Positions 1 to 13,206 of a stretch of DNA of 64,000 nt are shown here, one piece after another. Positions within the stretch are counted from its first letter, which is position 1, and every line of letters starts with the position of its first letter. Both the position numbers and the translations under genes were made by a program. Below the pieces are notes generated by a model. It worked only from the letters and a program-made list of their open reading frames with translations. It did not search any database and was not told the DNA's origin. This DNA comes from Mytilus trossulus (taxonomy: Eukaryota). The stretch covers positions 54,808,001 through 54,872,000 of the forward strand of contig NC_086382.1 in assembly GCF_036588685.1 (NCBI RefSeq), given 5' to 3'.

Positions 1-2005
1 TCCATTTCAAGTCACATTTCACAATATTTTAGCAAACAAGCCGTATATTTTAAGTAAACAGCCATGTTTTTTTAATGTGGATTGCAGATCACGTTAACAT
101 GTTAGTTCAATTGTCGTATTTTTCTAAAAGATTTTTTCCTTGCACAAAAAAGTATTCCTTTTTTATGATTTTCTTAATTATTGTTTAGGACAGATAACCA
201 CTGAACATAATTGGAATTTGATGCGACTGTCATACAAGTGAGACGTTTAGCGCGATAAAATAAGGTTGATTCCACCATTTTCTACATTTGTGAATGCCTG
301 TACCCAGTCAGGAATGTAACAGATGTTGTCCATTCATTTGACGTGTTGGTTTTTGCCATTTGATTAGGGACCTTCCGTTTCAAAAATCGAAAATAAACTG
401 ACAACACAATGGCTTAAAAAAGAAAAAGACAAGCGAAAAAATTGAACACAATACACAACAAGAACCCATCAAAAATAGTTATGATCTCAATTGCTCCGGA
501 AAGTGACAGAAGCCTTTATGTCTGTTGCAATTAACAATTTGACTTTTCCAAACTGATTAAATTCCAAAGTTAAGCATTTTTTCTGTCGATGAAAACATAA
601 AATAAAAATTGTGATGAGAATAACACCATCGAGTTAAAGATTGACAATTTTTATACAATCTGTTTTATTTTTGAAATATTTTGTTTTGTTTAGGTTGTTG
701 TGGTTATCTCAATCGATTACATCCCACTTATTCTTTTTTTAAACTATCTGATGAGTGCATTGTGTTCAATGTTTGAAAAGTCAAAACATTACATAGACAT
801 TAACGCAAAATCCTGTACAGTATCAACAGGATGTGGGTAGTACAAAAACAACAGACATTGAGGCCTGAGTATTTGAGGATCGTTTAAAGTGTAATTCTAT
901 TGAAACTTATTTATTCTATTGAAATTACAGACCGTCCCATTAAATAGTACTCTATAAACGTCTTTATCGCTCAAAATAAAACATTAGTTTCAATTGAGAG
1001 TTTTTGAATATAGATTTTTGTTATTTGACAAACATGATATCGATTCAGACTTTGCAAACTCTATGTATCTATTAAAAATGAAGAAATGAAAACATTGCAA
1101 AGTTAGTTATTCTAAACAGTTTTGTATATTCAAATTGGAGCAACGTCTTGAAGGTTTGAATTTAAAGGACTGATTATTCACAATAAAAAAGCACTTTAAA
1201 AATAACTTCTTTTACAAACTGTTTTTTATCAATCACATGGATATTAAAAAAAAACGATAATTCTTAACTCTACTTTTTGCGATTAGTGTGATAGAAATTG
1301 AAAACATAGCGACTAGCCAAGGTTGAAGAAAAGAAAGGGGATGTCTTTAATTTCAAATAGCAAACTGCTATATAGTGAAATACCTTGTGAATTAAGTAAT
1401 ACAAAGCTGTGCATTTTTTTTTATTATGACAGAGTTTTAATCTTTTTAAGAATCTTTCGAAATTAAAAGTTCTTACGGCTTATTTAAAGCATCAGGAATT
1501 GGATACGAATATTTTCAGCATTTCGTATATACATTTTCCAACTTAGTTTACGATTATGGTGTGATTTTTATCACCAGTTGTCAACACGTCTATGTTGATA
1601 TGAATTATCATTGTTATTATTGCTAATTTCATCCAGTATATTTTACCATTTTATTTTTAGAGCATACATGTACAATTGTATATCTATTATTAATCAAATT
1701 TTTCAAAGGCGGAAAGTTTTGCTAAACAGGTTCAACACAAACATTTTGTTGATGTATTTTCCTCGGTTTTAGTTTTAATCTGGATTTATTTTCCCTCAAA
1801 CGATTCATGACTTTTTAACTCCGGTATGCCACTGTTGCCCTTATCTATAATAAGAGATTATCGATGATCATCTCAACGAGATTGATTTTGTATCGCTATT
1901 TTACCTATTTTACCTATGCCGACGTTGTCAATTTTATATCAATGTCATGTTAATTCCGTAAGCAACTCCACGTGCATGCTTAGTGCATGCTTAGTTTCTA
2001 GCGAT

Positions 2006-2580
2006 AAAGGAGTAAGGACCGATTTTGGCCTCAAATTTCAGGTTAATCTGACGAAAGATTTTGACCACTTTTTAAATACTTAAGTGTCTATTGATTTAAA
2101 TCAATTAGTTTATGTGAAAGATTTTAACTGATTTAGTCATTAAAAACGATCCGATTTAATCTGAAATATGAAAATTCTACCATATATGCCAAAAATGTCA
2201 CTTTTCAGATGTTTTTTTGTCAAAAGTGAAAGTGGCCGCATCCGTGTTCATCCTCAACCTATATATATGTTATGTATTATCATAAAATACAACTTACATT
2301 TCAATTTTTAGGATGAACACGAATGCGGTCACTTTCGTTTCACACGAAAACCGTCTAAAATTTACCTTAAATGCTAGAATTGTGAATATTTCAGTAATTT
2401 CGCATGACTTCGTGGTGCTAGTACCCGATATATGTGCACTGTATTGTAAAAAAGCAGCCCATATTTATGTAGCAGAAGCATTCTCCTGTCCAATATATAA
2501 TTAAAAGTTTACATTTTAACAATTTGGTAAAACTGCTATATTTTGGAACCAAAAAGTGGTCTTACTGGACCTACTCCTTT
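2006..2580 (+). mobile_element. Non-autonomous TIR DNA element (Kolobok/Crypton-like ends), copy 1
   Basis: Begins AAAGGAGTA(A)GG, ends CTGGACCTACTCCTTT (inverted termini); high similarity to 2889-3423; non-coding. Confidence 0.7.
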
Positions 2581-2888
2581 CCATCTCAAGCGAGTAGCAT
2601 GATATGAAAATTATCACAAAAAGAGATGAAAGGAAAAATTCACAAAATAGCGATAATGTGTCTTATAATAGGTATCAACCATCCGATTTGGTGTATTCAG
2701 TTATATTTATAGTATTTATAACGTTACCCATCTACACCAGTCGAAAGTTTTGCCATCATAAAGCAAATGTGAGGTGAGTTGTATACTTTTATTGCAAATG
2801 AAATCGACGTATTCCTTTTTGTTTTGAAATTAAGGGGATATCCTGTTGAAAAACAAACTGAATTAATGCAACACTCCCAGGTATTTTC

Positions 2889-3423
2889 AAAGGCGTAGGT
2901 CCGGCAAGGACCGATTTTGGCCTCAAATTCCAGGTTCATCTAACGAAAGTGTCTATTTCAATTGATTCAATTAGTTTATGTGAAAGATTTTAACTGATTT
3001 AGTCACTAAAAACGTTCCGATTTAAGCTTAAATATGAACAATCTATCAAATATAACAAAAAAACGTAACTTTTCAGATGGTTTTTGTCAAAAATGAAAGT
3101 GGCCGCATCCGTGTTCATCCCCAACCTTTATATATGTTATGTATTATCATCAAATACAACTTTCATTTCAGTATTATGAATGAACACCAATGTGGACACT
3201 TTCATTTAAGACGGAAACCGTCTAGAACTTAACTAAAATGCTAAAATTGTGAAGATTTCAGTAGTTTTACTTTATGATGCTAGTACCCGATATGTGTGCA
3301 TTATATGAACGCCGTAGATTGACCTTTAATGGTTTACTTTTAAATTATTATTTGGATGGAGAGTTGTCTCATTGGCACTCATACCACACCTTCCTATACC
3401 CAAAAAGGGGTCTTAGTGAACTA
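2889..3423 (+). mobile_element. Second copy of the 2006-2580 element, 3' part disrupted by another repeat (about 3308-3398)
   Basis: AAAGGCGTAGGTCCGGCAAGGACCGATTTTGGCCTCAAATT start and body align with copy 1; terminal remnant CCAAAAAGGGGTCTTAGTGAACTA at 3399-3423. Confidence 0.7.
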
Positions 3424-4080
3424 AGTATATTCTGTATTCTGTAAACACAACATGTTTTTGAGCAAACATTAATGTACACATGAAACAAACGTTGAGAAGC
3501 CAAGGAAAATATAATCGTCAAACAAAAACCGGGCGAAAGAGGACAGTCAAAATCGTAAAAGGCGACATTAATTTAGTACAGTTTAACTGCAAATTGATAT
3601 ATATATATATTTTCAAAAAATGCACCGCATGTATTGCCTCAAATTGCGTATTATCAACTCTGGTCTAGACTCATCAGATTGAAACGAATATAGGCATGTT
3701 AAGAATAATACATGGTAAGTAATGCGTCACTTGATAAAAACAACATGGCATTATAGATTTTTTTTTTAAGTTACGCCCGGACAACAGATGTCAGTAAATT
3801 ATATATGGAGCTTCGTTCCCATCCAATTTAGAATTTACTGAACCCACAAAAATCCTACAAGGTCACACTGTGTTACTTCTAATATGTGCGTGATGATAAA
3901 ATTGTATAGAAAAAAATTAATGGAAAAAGAAATACTTGTTTCAAGCCAGGAGTTAGACATTTGTTTTCTATTCGTTTGATGTGTTTGAGGTGGTGATTTT
4001 ACTTTTTGATAAAAGCTTTTCCGTTTTGAATTTTCCTTGGTGTTCAGTATTTTTGTTAGTTAACTACTCTTTGCTTTAAT

Positions 4081-5380
4081 ATCGTCTATTCAGTGCCCGC
4101 ATAAGGTGTCTCTCCAAATGGGGCTGCACACAATCCTGGATTTATTTTGGTAGATCATATTTCAGAAAAGCGTTACCGATTTCGATTTTTTTTGTTCGAT
4201 AGAAACAATTAAATATTGGTGTGCTGAATGATAATCTATCAAAATAAGGGGGAAATTGCCTCAAATAGTTTAAGGTTGATGTACCCTTCTTTAGCCATTT
4301 TTGTACAAATTTTTCAAACCTCAATTGTTTCAAAACTACATATATAATGAATAATAGAGATAGGCCATTTAGTACATATTCCAAGGGGAAACTTGATGCA
4401 CAGCATTATTTTTTTACTGTTTCATTGCATTTGATAGGAAAAGAGGACTTTGTGGCAAAGAAATCAAGATTTTTGTAGAAAATCCACAGCCTTTAATACA
4501 GAGATTTTTGTTATAAAATTTGAAACATAAATTACTCACTTTGATGTGCTAGTGTTTATTTTTTACACAAAGTTGTAAGCAACCTGTTAATTCTAAAACA
4601 CTTCGTGCTGATTCACTAAAGTCGAGCGCACCCTAAAAGGTGTACTTGATTTTGGCTATATTTATATTTGTTTTAACCAATAAATACATTTATAAACTTG
4701 TTTTAAGGAAATCAATGCTAGCACTGCATGCAATATTCCTATATCTATCAGTCTTCAAATTGCCAAATATGAGAGTACAAGGATAAAGACTGTGGATTTT
4801 CTATAAAAATCTTGATTTATTTGCCACAAAGTTATCTTTTTCTATTAAATGCAATGGCACAGTAAAAAATAATGCTTTGCATCAAGTTTCCCCTTGGAAT
4901 ATGTACAAAATGGCCTATCTCTGTTATACATTATATCTGTAGTTTTGATACAATTGAAGTTTGAAAAGTTCGTACAAAAAATGGGTACAGAAGGGTACAC
5001 AAACCTTAATTATACTTCCAGAATAGTGTCGCAGGCTTTTTGAGAAAATATTATTTGTTCTTTTTTGTTACAAGAAATTCATACATGTAGTGTGCCAAAA
5101 CATAAGTGTTCAGTTGCACAAACACATTACACAGAGCAGCATGATATTTGTAACACATTCATCATTATACTAGCCCGACATCCAACCCTTTGATTTAACC
5201 GGTATAAACGTTCTTGATGGAGGTACTAATCAGAAAGATCACACAATTCTCTGTTTCCGCTTTGATATTACTTCAATCATTAGTGAGTAAAATGAAACTG
5301 GCTATGATGTAATTAGAATAGGAAGTTGTCGGAAAGAGAGATGGCGAATAACCGGAAGCTTGAGTCAAATCTGTATATAA
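4081..5380 (+). pseudogene. Decayed intronless reading frame of unknown family, split by the Kolobok-like element
   Basis: Removing 4274-5009 rejoins one frame of ~188 codons with 6 internal stops (..GVSPNGAAHNPGFILVDHISEKRY..GEIASNSLIILPE*..PDIQPFDLTGINVLDGGTNQKDHTILCFRFDITSII..). Confidence 0.4.
4274..5005. mobile_element. Kolobok-like non-autonomous element (MITE) with ~225-bp TIRs and TTAA TSD
   Basis: TTAA|GGTTGATGTACCCTTCT ... AGAAGGGTACACAAACC|TTAA; 4274-4497 is the reverse complement of about 4785-5005. TTAA TSD with RR..YY ends is the Kolobok pattern. Confidence 0.85.
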
Positions 5381-5908
5381 AACTGCTTGTTGCGTGACAT
5401 GTTTCTATATTTGTGCTAGTTGAACGTATTGATTATACCCAACCCAGGATGTAACAATAGAGTTGTTAATAAGGTTTTGCCTTAAACGCTCTTTATAGTT
5501 TTTAAACAATTAAAAAGCGTCAGTAACTATTAATATACGTTACATAAACTCGTTTAATATCATACATTTCTTTAATAGATTTAGGTTTATCAACGATTTC
5601 TCCTTATTTTATCGATTTTTTTAATCTGTAATCAATCAATTATATTTTTTTTTATATATTATGCATAAACATGTCATTTAGAAAAGTTAAATGCAAATAA
5701 TATATTAATATATGCCAACTTTGGCTTAAATCTCAAGAACGCTTATATTCCGAAACAGAGGACTAAAAAAGAAATCATTTTTGCGTTACTGTGGTAGTTG
5801 TACAACGAGTTTTGTTTGCGTTCTACAATAAACTTACATTTGAGGGAAATGACGAGTATAGTAACCATTTACGTGTATACGACACGGGTTTTTTTTTAAA
5901 AGAAAAGG

Positions 5909-6728
5909 TATGACGCGGAATTAGGGTCATAAACATTGAATTTAGCATATGCTTAAATGATTTTAGCATAAGCTATATTATAATTTAGCATATGCTAAAA
6001 TGATTTTAGCATAAGCTAAATTCATTTAAGCTAAACTCATTTTAGCATAAGCTGAATTCATTTTTGCATAAGCTAAAATCATTTTAGCATATGCTGAATT
6101 GTTTAGGTTATACATAAATCTTGGCGCGGAATTAAGGTCATAAATACTAATATTCAGCTTATGCTTAAATGATTTTAGCTTATGCTAAAATGAATTCAGC
6201 TTATGCTTAATTAATTGTTTTATCCAATCAAAATCTCGCTTTCTTAACTACTTTTATACTTTTCTCTGGTAAAAAGGAATAACCACTTTTCTCAAATAAA
6301 TAAATGTTTTTCTTAATGTAACTACATATATAAATAGGGAGACTGTGGCCCTCTGCCATCCCGCTAAATCCGTCTCTGTTACCAATTAAGCCGATTTTGT
6401 ATGAGAATTTAAGTCTCGCATGTTGGGAAATTTATTTCAAATTCATGACACGTGTTTTTTGTTTAAACAATATTCTATGTGTAATTGTGTATACATTGTA
6501 TTCGATCTTTTAACCCTTAACGGTGCTATAAATATACAATGTGTACATTTTTTACCGATTGCATAAATGAAAATTCCACTACTGTGTGGGGTTAAAAGGT
6601 CGAATACAATGTATACATTAAAATAGATGACAAGTTGAGATTGGAACAAATGATGGGTTTTTTTAATCTTGTACAATGATTTAGCACTATCAGAAATACA
6701 GGTCAATTTTTATTTGAAGCACAATTCC
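5909..6728 (+). repeat. Left arm of element A, with 21-bp palindromic subrepeats
   Basis: Tandem TTAGCATAAGCTAAAATCATT-like units; terminal motif repeated internally at about 6123 (GGCGCGGAATTAAGGTCATAAA). Confidence 0.9.
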
Positions 6729-6916
6729 TTTTGCAGTTTTCGAGTACTTCTGTTTTTGATCGTTCTTAACTTTTGCCAAAATATAACTGATACCTGAATC
6801 TAACGGTTAGAGATGTGCCTGTGAGGCCAAGTAAATTTTCAGCTCAATTGCATTTTTAGTTTTAGATCGAGTTATGCTGTTTTCAATTAAGGCATTCCCA
6901 ATTATTTAGCGATATA

Positions 6917-7084
6917 CAGGGGCGGATGCAGGAATTTTCGAAAAGGGGGGGGGGGTGCTAACCCAGGGCAAAAAGGGGGGGGGGGGGGTTGCAAAACATA
7001 TGTCCCGATACAAATGCATTGATCGGCAAAAATAAAAGGGGGGGTGCGCACCCCCGGACCCCCCCCCCTCTGGATCCGCCACTG
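6917..7084. mobile_element. GC-rich MITE with CAGGGGCGGAT(G/C)CAG TIRs
   Basis: CAGGGGCGGATGCAG ... CTGGATCCGCCACTG; poly-G/poly-C tracts; related copy at 21667-21830. Confidence 0.75.
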
Positions 7085-7416
7085 ATATAGGGGGGTTGGG
7101 GGGAAGGGGGGGCTTGTCAATTCGAGATAAATTCAATTCGAATTAAATGTACATTAGACAGTGACTGAAAACCAAATGCCAAATATGATATGGTGAGCTT
7201 CCCGGCATTTTTATGACTTTCATCTAGAATATTGAAATGTTAGCAATTATAGGCAACCATACGGCCTTGAATAATGACAAAAACCAACACCGAATGGTCG
7301 GCTATATTTTTTTTTTACAAAACATCAAAATTAAGTCGACAGACATGAACTATCGACAACCACAGGCTATGCATATTGTATGTGCCTGTCCCAAGTTATG
7401 AGCCTATACAATATGC

Positions 7417-7689
7417 ATGCAAATAGAGCGGTCAACCCATCCTTGTTCAAGGTGCTTTGAAATACCCAAGATATATGTGTATGACACAGAAATGTTTTAC
7501 TTCAATAAAATGTAGGATTAATCACTTACAAGTGTCATATTTAAGGGTGTATTTTTTCACGACCTATGTGATGTACCACGATTTGGTGGTATGACACATG
7601 AAGAAGACATTATTGTTAATAAAATGAATGTGACTTTATTCATTTGTAATAATGGTTATTTCAAGCATTTCTGTCAAGTTTTGTCATAA
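7417..7689 (+). pseudogene. Decayed Cys-containing reading frame inside element A
   Basis: MQIERSTHPCSRCFEIPKIYVYDTEMFYFNKM*D*SLTSVIFKGVFFHDLCDVPRFGGMTHEEDIIVNKMNVTLFICNNGYFKHFCQVLS*: 2 internal stops in 91 codons; coding-like sequence continues to about 7960 with frameshifts. Confidence 0.4.
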
Positions 7690-8242
7690 TCAGTTCAATA
7701 GTAGTTTGAAAAAAATCTAGTATAATGAAAGACGACATCTACAAATTCCAAACCAAGACGCATCAAGATAGATTATAGTGTGGACAAATAAAGGATCAAA
7801 ATTAATATTTATCACATCTGCCTACAAACAGTTGAATATGATACACAAGAAAATTTTAGAAAGATATATACCACTAATGAACCTTTTTTGTCTCGTTTAT
7901 CATTTTGGTCAACTTATTACTCTAATTTTCTCAAAATTTCAACTTTTCAGGCCAATGAATAAAAATGATGGGATAACTTTTATTCATTTATGATAGAATT
8001 ATTATATGAAATGAGAAGTTGAAGTAATTTAGCAGAATGAACAAAACAATATAAAAGTTCACTGTCTCCAAGTAGGTTTCAATAAGTCCTTACGTAAATA
8101 TTGAATTTACGCCGCGTTCCACAGAGGGACATTAAAGGGTTCTCTTTCAGTGAATAATTTGTTGTTACAACATTAAGAATAATTTCATTTACTTATAACT
8201 TTATATTCATTTAAGTATTTTCTATGAAAATGTTCTATGTTC

Positions 8243-8712
8243 GAGGGTATCACCAGCCCAGTAGCCAGTACCGAAAGGAAAATACGGATTGTTTGTGTTA
8301 TTAAAATTTGCTGTAACAAAATGATAGAAATTATTATAAATTAAGGAATGTATCTCCCTCAAGCAAAGCTCTGATTCCTTTCACGGATTTGGCTATACAT
8401 TTTGGACCTTTTGGATTATAGATCTTCATCTTTTATATAAGCCGTTTGAATGGTTTTACACTAGTAATTTTGGGGCCCTTTAAAGCTTGTTGTTCGGTGT
8501 GAGCCAAGGCTCCGTGTTGAAGGCCGTACTTTAACCTATAATGGTTTACTTTTTAAATTGTTATTTGGATGGAGAGTTGTCTCATTGGCACTCACACCAC
8601 ATCTTCCTATATCTATTTGGATTTCAAATATTTTAGCCACGAGCATCACTGAAGAGAAATGTATTGTCGAAATGCGCATCTGGTGCAGGAAATTGGTACT
8701 GTTAATGTTATT
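8243..8712 (+). mobile_element. Retrozyme-like monomer (second family), interrupted by a common interspersed repeat at about 8443-8615
   Basis: Shares GAGGGTATCACCAGCC.AGTAG with the 26.5-27.3 kb units and ends in a hammerhead motif followed by GGTAC. Confidence 0.6.
8643..8686 (+). ncRNA. Type I hammerhead ribozyme motif (one stem II mismatch)
   Basis: Stem I GCATCA/TGGTGC, core CTGAAGA and GAAA, stem II GAAA/TGTC with an A.G mismatch, palindromic stem III ATGCGCAT, AUC cleavage triplet. Confidence 0.75.
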
Positions 8713-9424
8713 TAAAAATTCTACCATAGTAGAAAATGAAAAATAAGGAGAAACAGCCCATCCCCCATAAAAAACAAAACAAAACAAAAAACGGTTACAC
8801 GCCATTAGTCCGACAACCCATTAGTCCGACAACCCAATAGTTTGATTGAACCTTTCTATTGTTTAGAATATTCACAAGATGATCACATTGATAAACGTTT
8901 AGGAGACTTGATTTCCTTATTTTTTTCATAAAATGACACCCTTTAACATTTAAGAAATATTTAGTCACATGTTAGGATTTTCATGTTGTCACTTGTTCAC
9001 GTATTATGTGCTATTGTAGACTAGTTATGTTTTATAACATTTTTTATTGCGCTGAACCCTTCCACCGAAACCGAACTGAATAAAAAAGCTGCAATGCTAA
9101 GGTATCATTTGTGATTTCAATTGCAACCAATTTTAACAAGAGTAAAACATCCTATATGCAAAAACAGTATTTGATTTTTATCCATAGCTTAGATAGTAAA
9201 AATGTTATCATAAAATGATATATGCCTCAGGGAACAGTTAGTATCTCAGGGACTGCTAATGTGCTTTCATCCTTGCAACCATTCAATAATAGTACAAACG
9301 TATGACATTCATGGAACCTATTTTTTACGAGAAATTTAATGTTTTAAATTGAACTAAAGATTTTACAAATTTTATGTTTTCATCAGAGTATTATTTGTTA
9401 CATCAATAGATATAAACAATTCAC

Positions 9425-10197
9425 CAAAGTTTCATGGACACATTAACGGTTCTCGAGAGGTAGAGCGGACACAATTTGTTAAGAACAGCAAACGGATGGA
9501 TTGGCCGACGGACGGACCTTTGACACACACTCTGGTGTCATGTACAAACCGACAGACAGACGGTCAAGTATAAAGTATGAAATATTAACGGTTCTCGAGA
9601 GGTAGAGCGGACAAAATTTGTTAAGAACAACGAACGGATGGACAGACCGACGGACTGCCCTTTGACCTAGGATGCATACATTATGACACATTCTCTGGTG
9701 TTGGTTAATATATATGTTAAGTTAAAAATGTTTGTCAGGTATAAAGTATGAAATAATAACAGCTGTCCTCTCAAAATATAGTGTGGATCAAATTTGTTAG
9801 CGATGGAAAGACCAACAGACAGACGGACCTTTGACCTAGGAAGTTGTACATACATCATGACTCACCCTCTGATGTTGGTTAAAATGGATGTCAAGTATAA
9901 ACTTGGAAATCATAACGGTTCTCAAGATATAGAGCGGGCACGATCTTATCCACAGGACACAGGGTTGTCAACTGAAACCAAAGTTTGTTTTACCTTGACC
10001 TTTGACCTAGAAAGTTGTACATACATCATGACACGCCCTCTGGTGGTGGTTAATAAACATGTAAAGTATAAAGTATGAAATCATAATGGTTCTCTAGATA
10101 TGGAGCGGACACAAGGTTAAAGTGTTACGGACGGACGGACGGACGGACGGACGGACGGATCACTATAGGGCGATCCGCCTAAAGGCGGGGCCCTAAT
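9425..10197 (+). mobile_element. HINE/pearl-like element: diverged core repeats, (GGAC)n microsatellite, 3' hairpin
   Basis: Recurrent ATAAAGTATGAAA..AACGGTTCTC..GAGCGGACA units, (ACGG)n at 10127-10159, hairpin GGGCGATCCGCC-TAAA-GGCGGGGCCC. Confidence 0.75.
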
Positions 10198-10591
10198 TAT
10201 CTTTATAACACCGCAAGCCTCATTCACAATCGAAGCCAAAACAAAATAGAAAAAAACGACTAGCACATTGATATCAAATGACAGTCAGTATCAAACCATG
10301 TACTACATAATTCAAAAGAACTTACAATATAATCATCTTTTTTTCCCCAATATAAGAGCCTATTTATAAATAACATAGCTGAATAATGATTCAAAGTCTG
10401 TATAAGCTCAAGATAATTTAAAGTTAAAGGTACGAACCATTTGAATTAAGGAGGCAGTCTTAGATATTTGAGGGAAAACAAATGACTCTGATTTTTGTCT
10501 TCAACAAGTTCTGGCTGAACTAGATTAAAAACAATAATCTTGCCCACTTTTTTGCTATTAAAACAGAATTTTCCAACAGAATTATTCAGCA

Positions 10592-11056
10592 TTAAATGAA
10601 CATGATTTTTTTTGTGGCCGTGGTTTGCATGTCTGACAGGAATGTCTGTTTCGTCGAACTAATATGTTGAATACTTTTTTCAAGACCAGACTGCAACCTG
10701 TCTGCTGAGTGTGGCCGTATTGTCTCCATTTGTCGAACGTCATTCATAAATTCGTTGCCATAAAACTCATACGTTGCCTTTTGGTTGCTTTGGAACACCT
10801 CACTTCCCTTGATTGTGTTGAGTGTAACAAATCAATCAAACATTGGGGTAAAAATTGCTTGATTGTCTTTTTTTAACTCTTGTCGGTCTTATTGTAAATT
10901 CCATTGAATAGCTAGGTGTATAATATCTTGTTTACAACAAGAAATCTGTGAGGTTATGATAACGTAACTATATTTGTAACCGGCGAGAATTTTCCTTGTC
11001 TATTTTTTACTGACAAGTCCCACATCAAATTTATCAGTACATAGCTTTGAATCCAT
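10592..11056 (-). pseudogene. Decayed intronless ORF inside element A, unknown family
   Basis: ATG at 11056 to stop at 10592 in one frame, 154 codons with 3 internal stops: MDSKLCTDKFDVGLVSKK*TRKILAGYKYSYVIITSQISCCKQDIIHLAIQWNLQ*DRQELKKDNQAIFTPMFD*FVTLNTIKGSEVFQSNQKATYEFYGNEF... Confidence 0.55.
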
Positions 11057-13206
11057 ACTATCATTTTATAAAAGACAAATAATAGGGAGAATACATGATC
11101 GAAAATGTCCAACCCTTACGATTTACAGCAACTACAAAATGAACATGCTCCGTGTAGAGATTTGTCTCAATCATACCACATCTTTTTATTTTAGCATTTA
11201 AAGAAATTCCTAGTCCTCGTTTGCTGAGTGATCAAAAAGTTTATTTGCATGCAGAAATTTAATTTCTAGGATTACCATAATCAGTTATCTACGTGGCGAT
11301 GGTCGTTACTTCTCTTTGTACACCGGCTTATTTATAATCGATTTTTTTGTTGTTGCTTATTATGAAAAAAAAACATACTTGATGCACATAAGGAATTATC
11401 ATTTCACTATCTCACTTTTGTTAATGATTGAACAAAAAAGTCATAATCTAAATTGTTTATGTATTTCATAGCTAGTGCCCCTTTAAGCAATTATATTTTT
11501 AGTACATTAATTTGGTGCATGGGATGAAATCATGATAGGACCATGAAAAGATTTATCTCACCTTGACAATATGTTTATTGGTCATTGAATTATCAATTAA
11601 ATGTAGTACTTGTAGAAATAAACTCAATTTTATAAATACTGAAACAAAGAAAACATTTCAGTCTTTGTATGATAATTATCTATACAATGTAGATAAAAAA
11701 AGAAGATGTGATATGATTGCCAATGAGACAAGTTGACAACTCTCCAGAACAGATCAAATGACATAGAAGTTAACAACTATCAGTCATCATATGGCCTTCA
11801 ACTATGATCAAAGCCAATACCGCATAGTCAGCTATAAAAGGCCCCAACATGACAAATGCAAAATAATTCAATAATTCAAATGAGGAAACTAATGGCCAAA
11901 ATTATTTACAAAAGAAAAAAAACGGAAAACATATTAACAAACGAAAACCACTGCAAGGCCATAACTACCATTGAGGCAAGTAAGGCGCCTTACTAAAATT
12001 TCGACACTGATTTTTTTTATATACATATATAAATAAAATAGTCATTTGTTGTTCTGTCTCAACCTCAATTCTTCCTGGTTATAACTCAGCATCTATTTTT
12101 CAGATGTCATTGTATCATAAATTACCTTAAGTTGTGGAAATCGATTTAATAATGTTTACCCTCTACGTTATTTTTAACCCAAAACGCAGTAATGTCGCAA
12201 GTAATGTAGGAAGGAAAAAATGGGACGGAATTACATGTATACGGTTTACCATAAAAATAAACAAAATTTCAGTTAGATGTACAGAACTTTTATCATAGGA
12301 TGTTTTTGGAAAGAAAGTATGTTTCCAGTTTTTGACGAAAAAAATACTTTGTTATTATGGAAAGCCAACGGGGTCAAAATTCTTACTTCGTAACTTGTCA
12401 ATTTGTTACTTGTAACTATGTGATTTGTCAATTTGTATATTGCTGTTTTGTAACTTGTCGATTTGTTAAATGTCGATTTGTATATTGTCTGTTTGTATAT
12501 TAATGTTTTGTAACTTGTCGATTCGTGAATTGTCAATTTTTTATAAATATTGATGTTTTGTAACTTGTCGATTTGTTAATTATATAAATGTCGATTTGTA
12601 TATTGTCTATTTGTATATTAATGTTTTGTAACTTGTCGATTCGTAAATTGTCAATTTGTATATTGATGTTTTGTAACTTGTCGATTCGTTAAATGTCAAT
12701 GCGTGATTTGTCAATGTGTGAAATGTCATCGTTGTATTATGCTAACGATATTTATGACGACAGATGGCGCTCAGTTTCTTCTTCGTTTTATAAGCCTCCT
12801 GTAAGTAAAAGCACCTCCATATGGAATATATATACCTAAGTAATTTTAATCAATCAATTACAGCAAATGCGTCTAAAAGAAAGCAAAATAAAAATTGCAT
12901 GTTTACAGGACCCCAGTTTTATTTTATTTACTGACGTGGACTTTCGTTCGAGAACGGAAACTATAAAAATACACCCGACTAGCCAAGTCCCTCCTTTTAT
13001 ATTTATTTTTATATTCTTTTATCTTTTTATTATTTACGTAATCATAAAGTGTTTTTTTTATTCATTTATCTATTCAAACTTTTGCTCTTTAAAATTTCTA
13101 TCTAACTTTATTTATCATTCTAAATTATGTCAATTACCACATGGTAAAAATATAAATTATGTAATGCCCAAAAAGGCGCAAGCCAGGGCCGACCGTGCAA
13201 GGGTTG

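Noticed and set aside
5901-5910. Reading element A as TG..CA with a TA or 10-bp TSD
   Set aside because: Placing the ends at TA gives a perfect 6-bp TSD and matches elements B and D; the 10-bp reading needs two mismatches.
5935-6210. CRISPR-like appearance of short palindromic repeats (also 18910-19300)
   Set aside because: No unique 25-45-bp spacers, no cas genes, eukaryotic context; these are TIR subrepeats.
6902-7136. Pro/Gly-rich ORFs (also 17528-17926, 21606-21842, 23628-24014)
   Set aside because: They derive from poly-C/G tracts of MITEs.
7567-7660. Sushi/CCP domain from C-x2-P...C-x2-GY
   Set aside because: The later Cys/Trp residues and exon boundaries are missing.
10940-10990. 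YVIITSQ as an A32-type packaging ATPase motif
   Set aside because: No Walker A or RH motif in the frame; the resemblance is too short.
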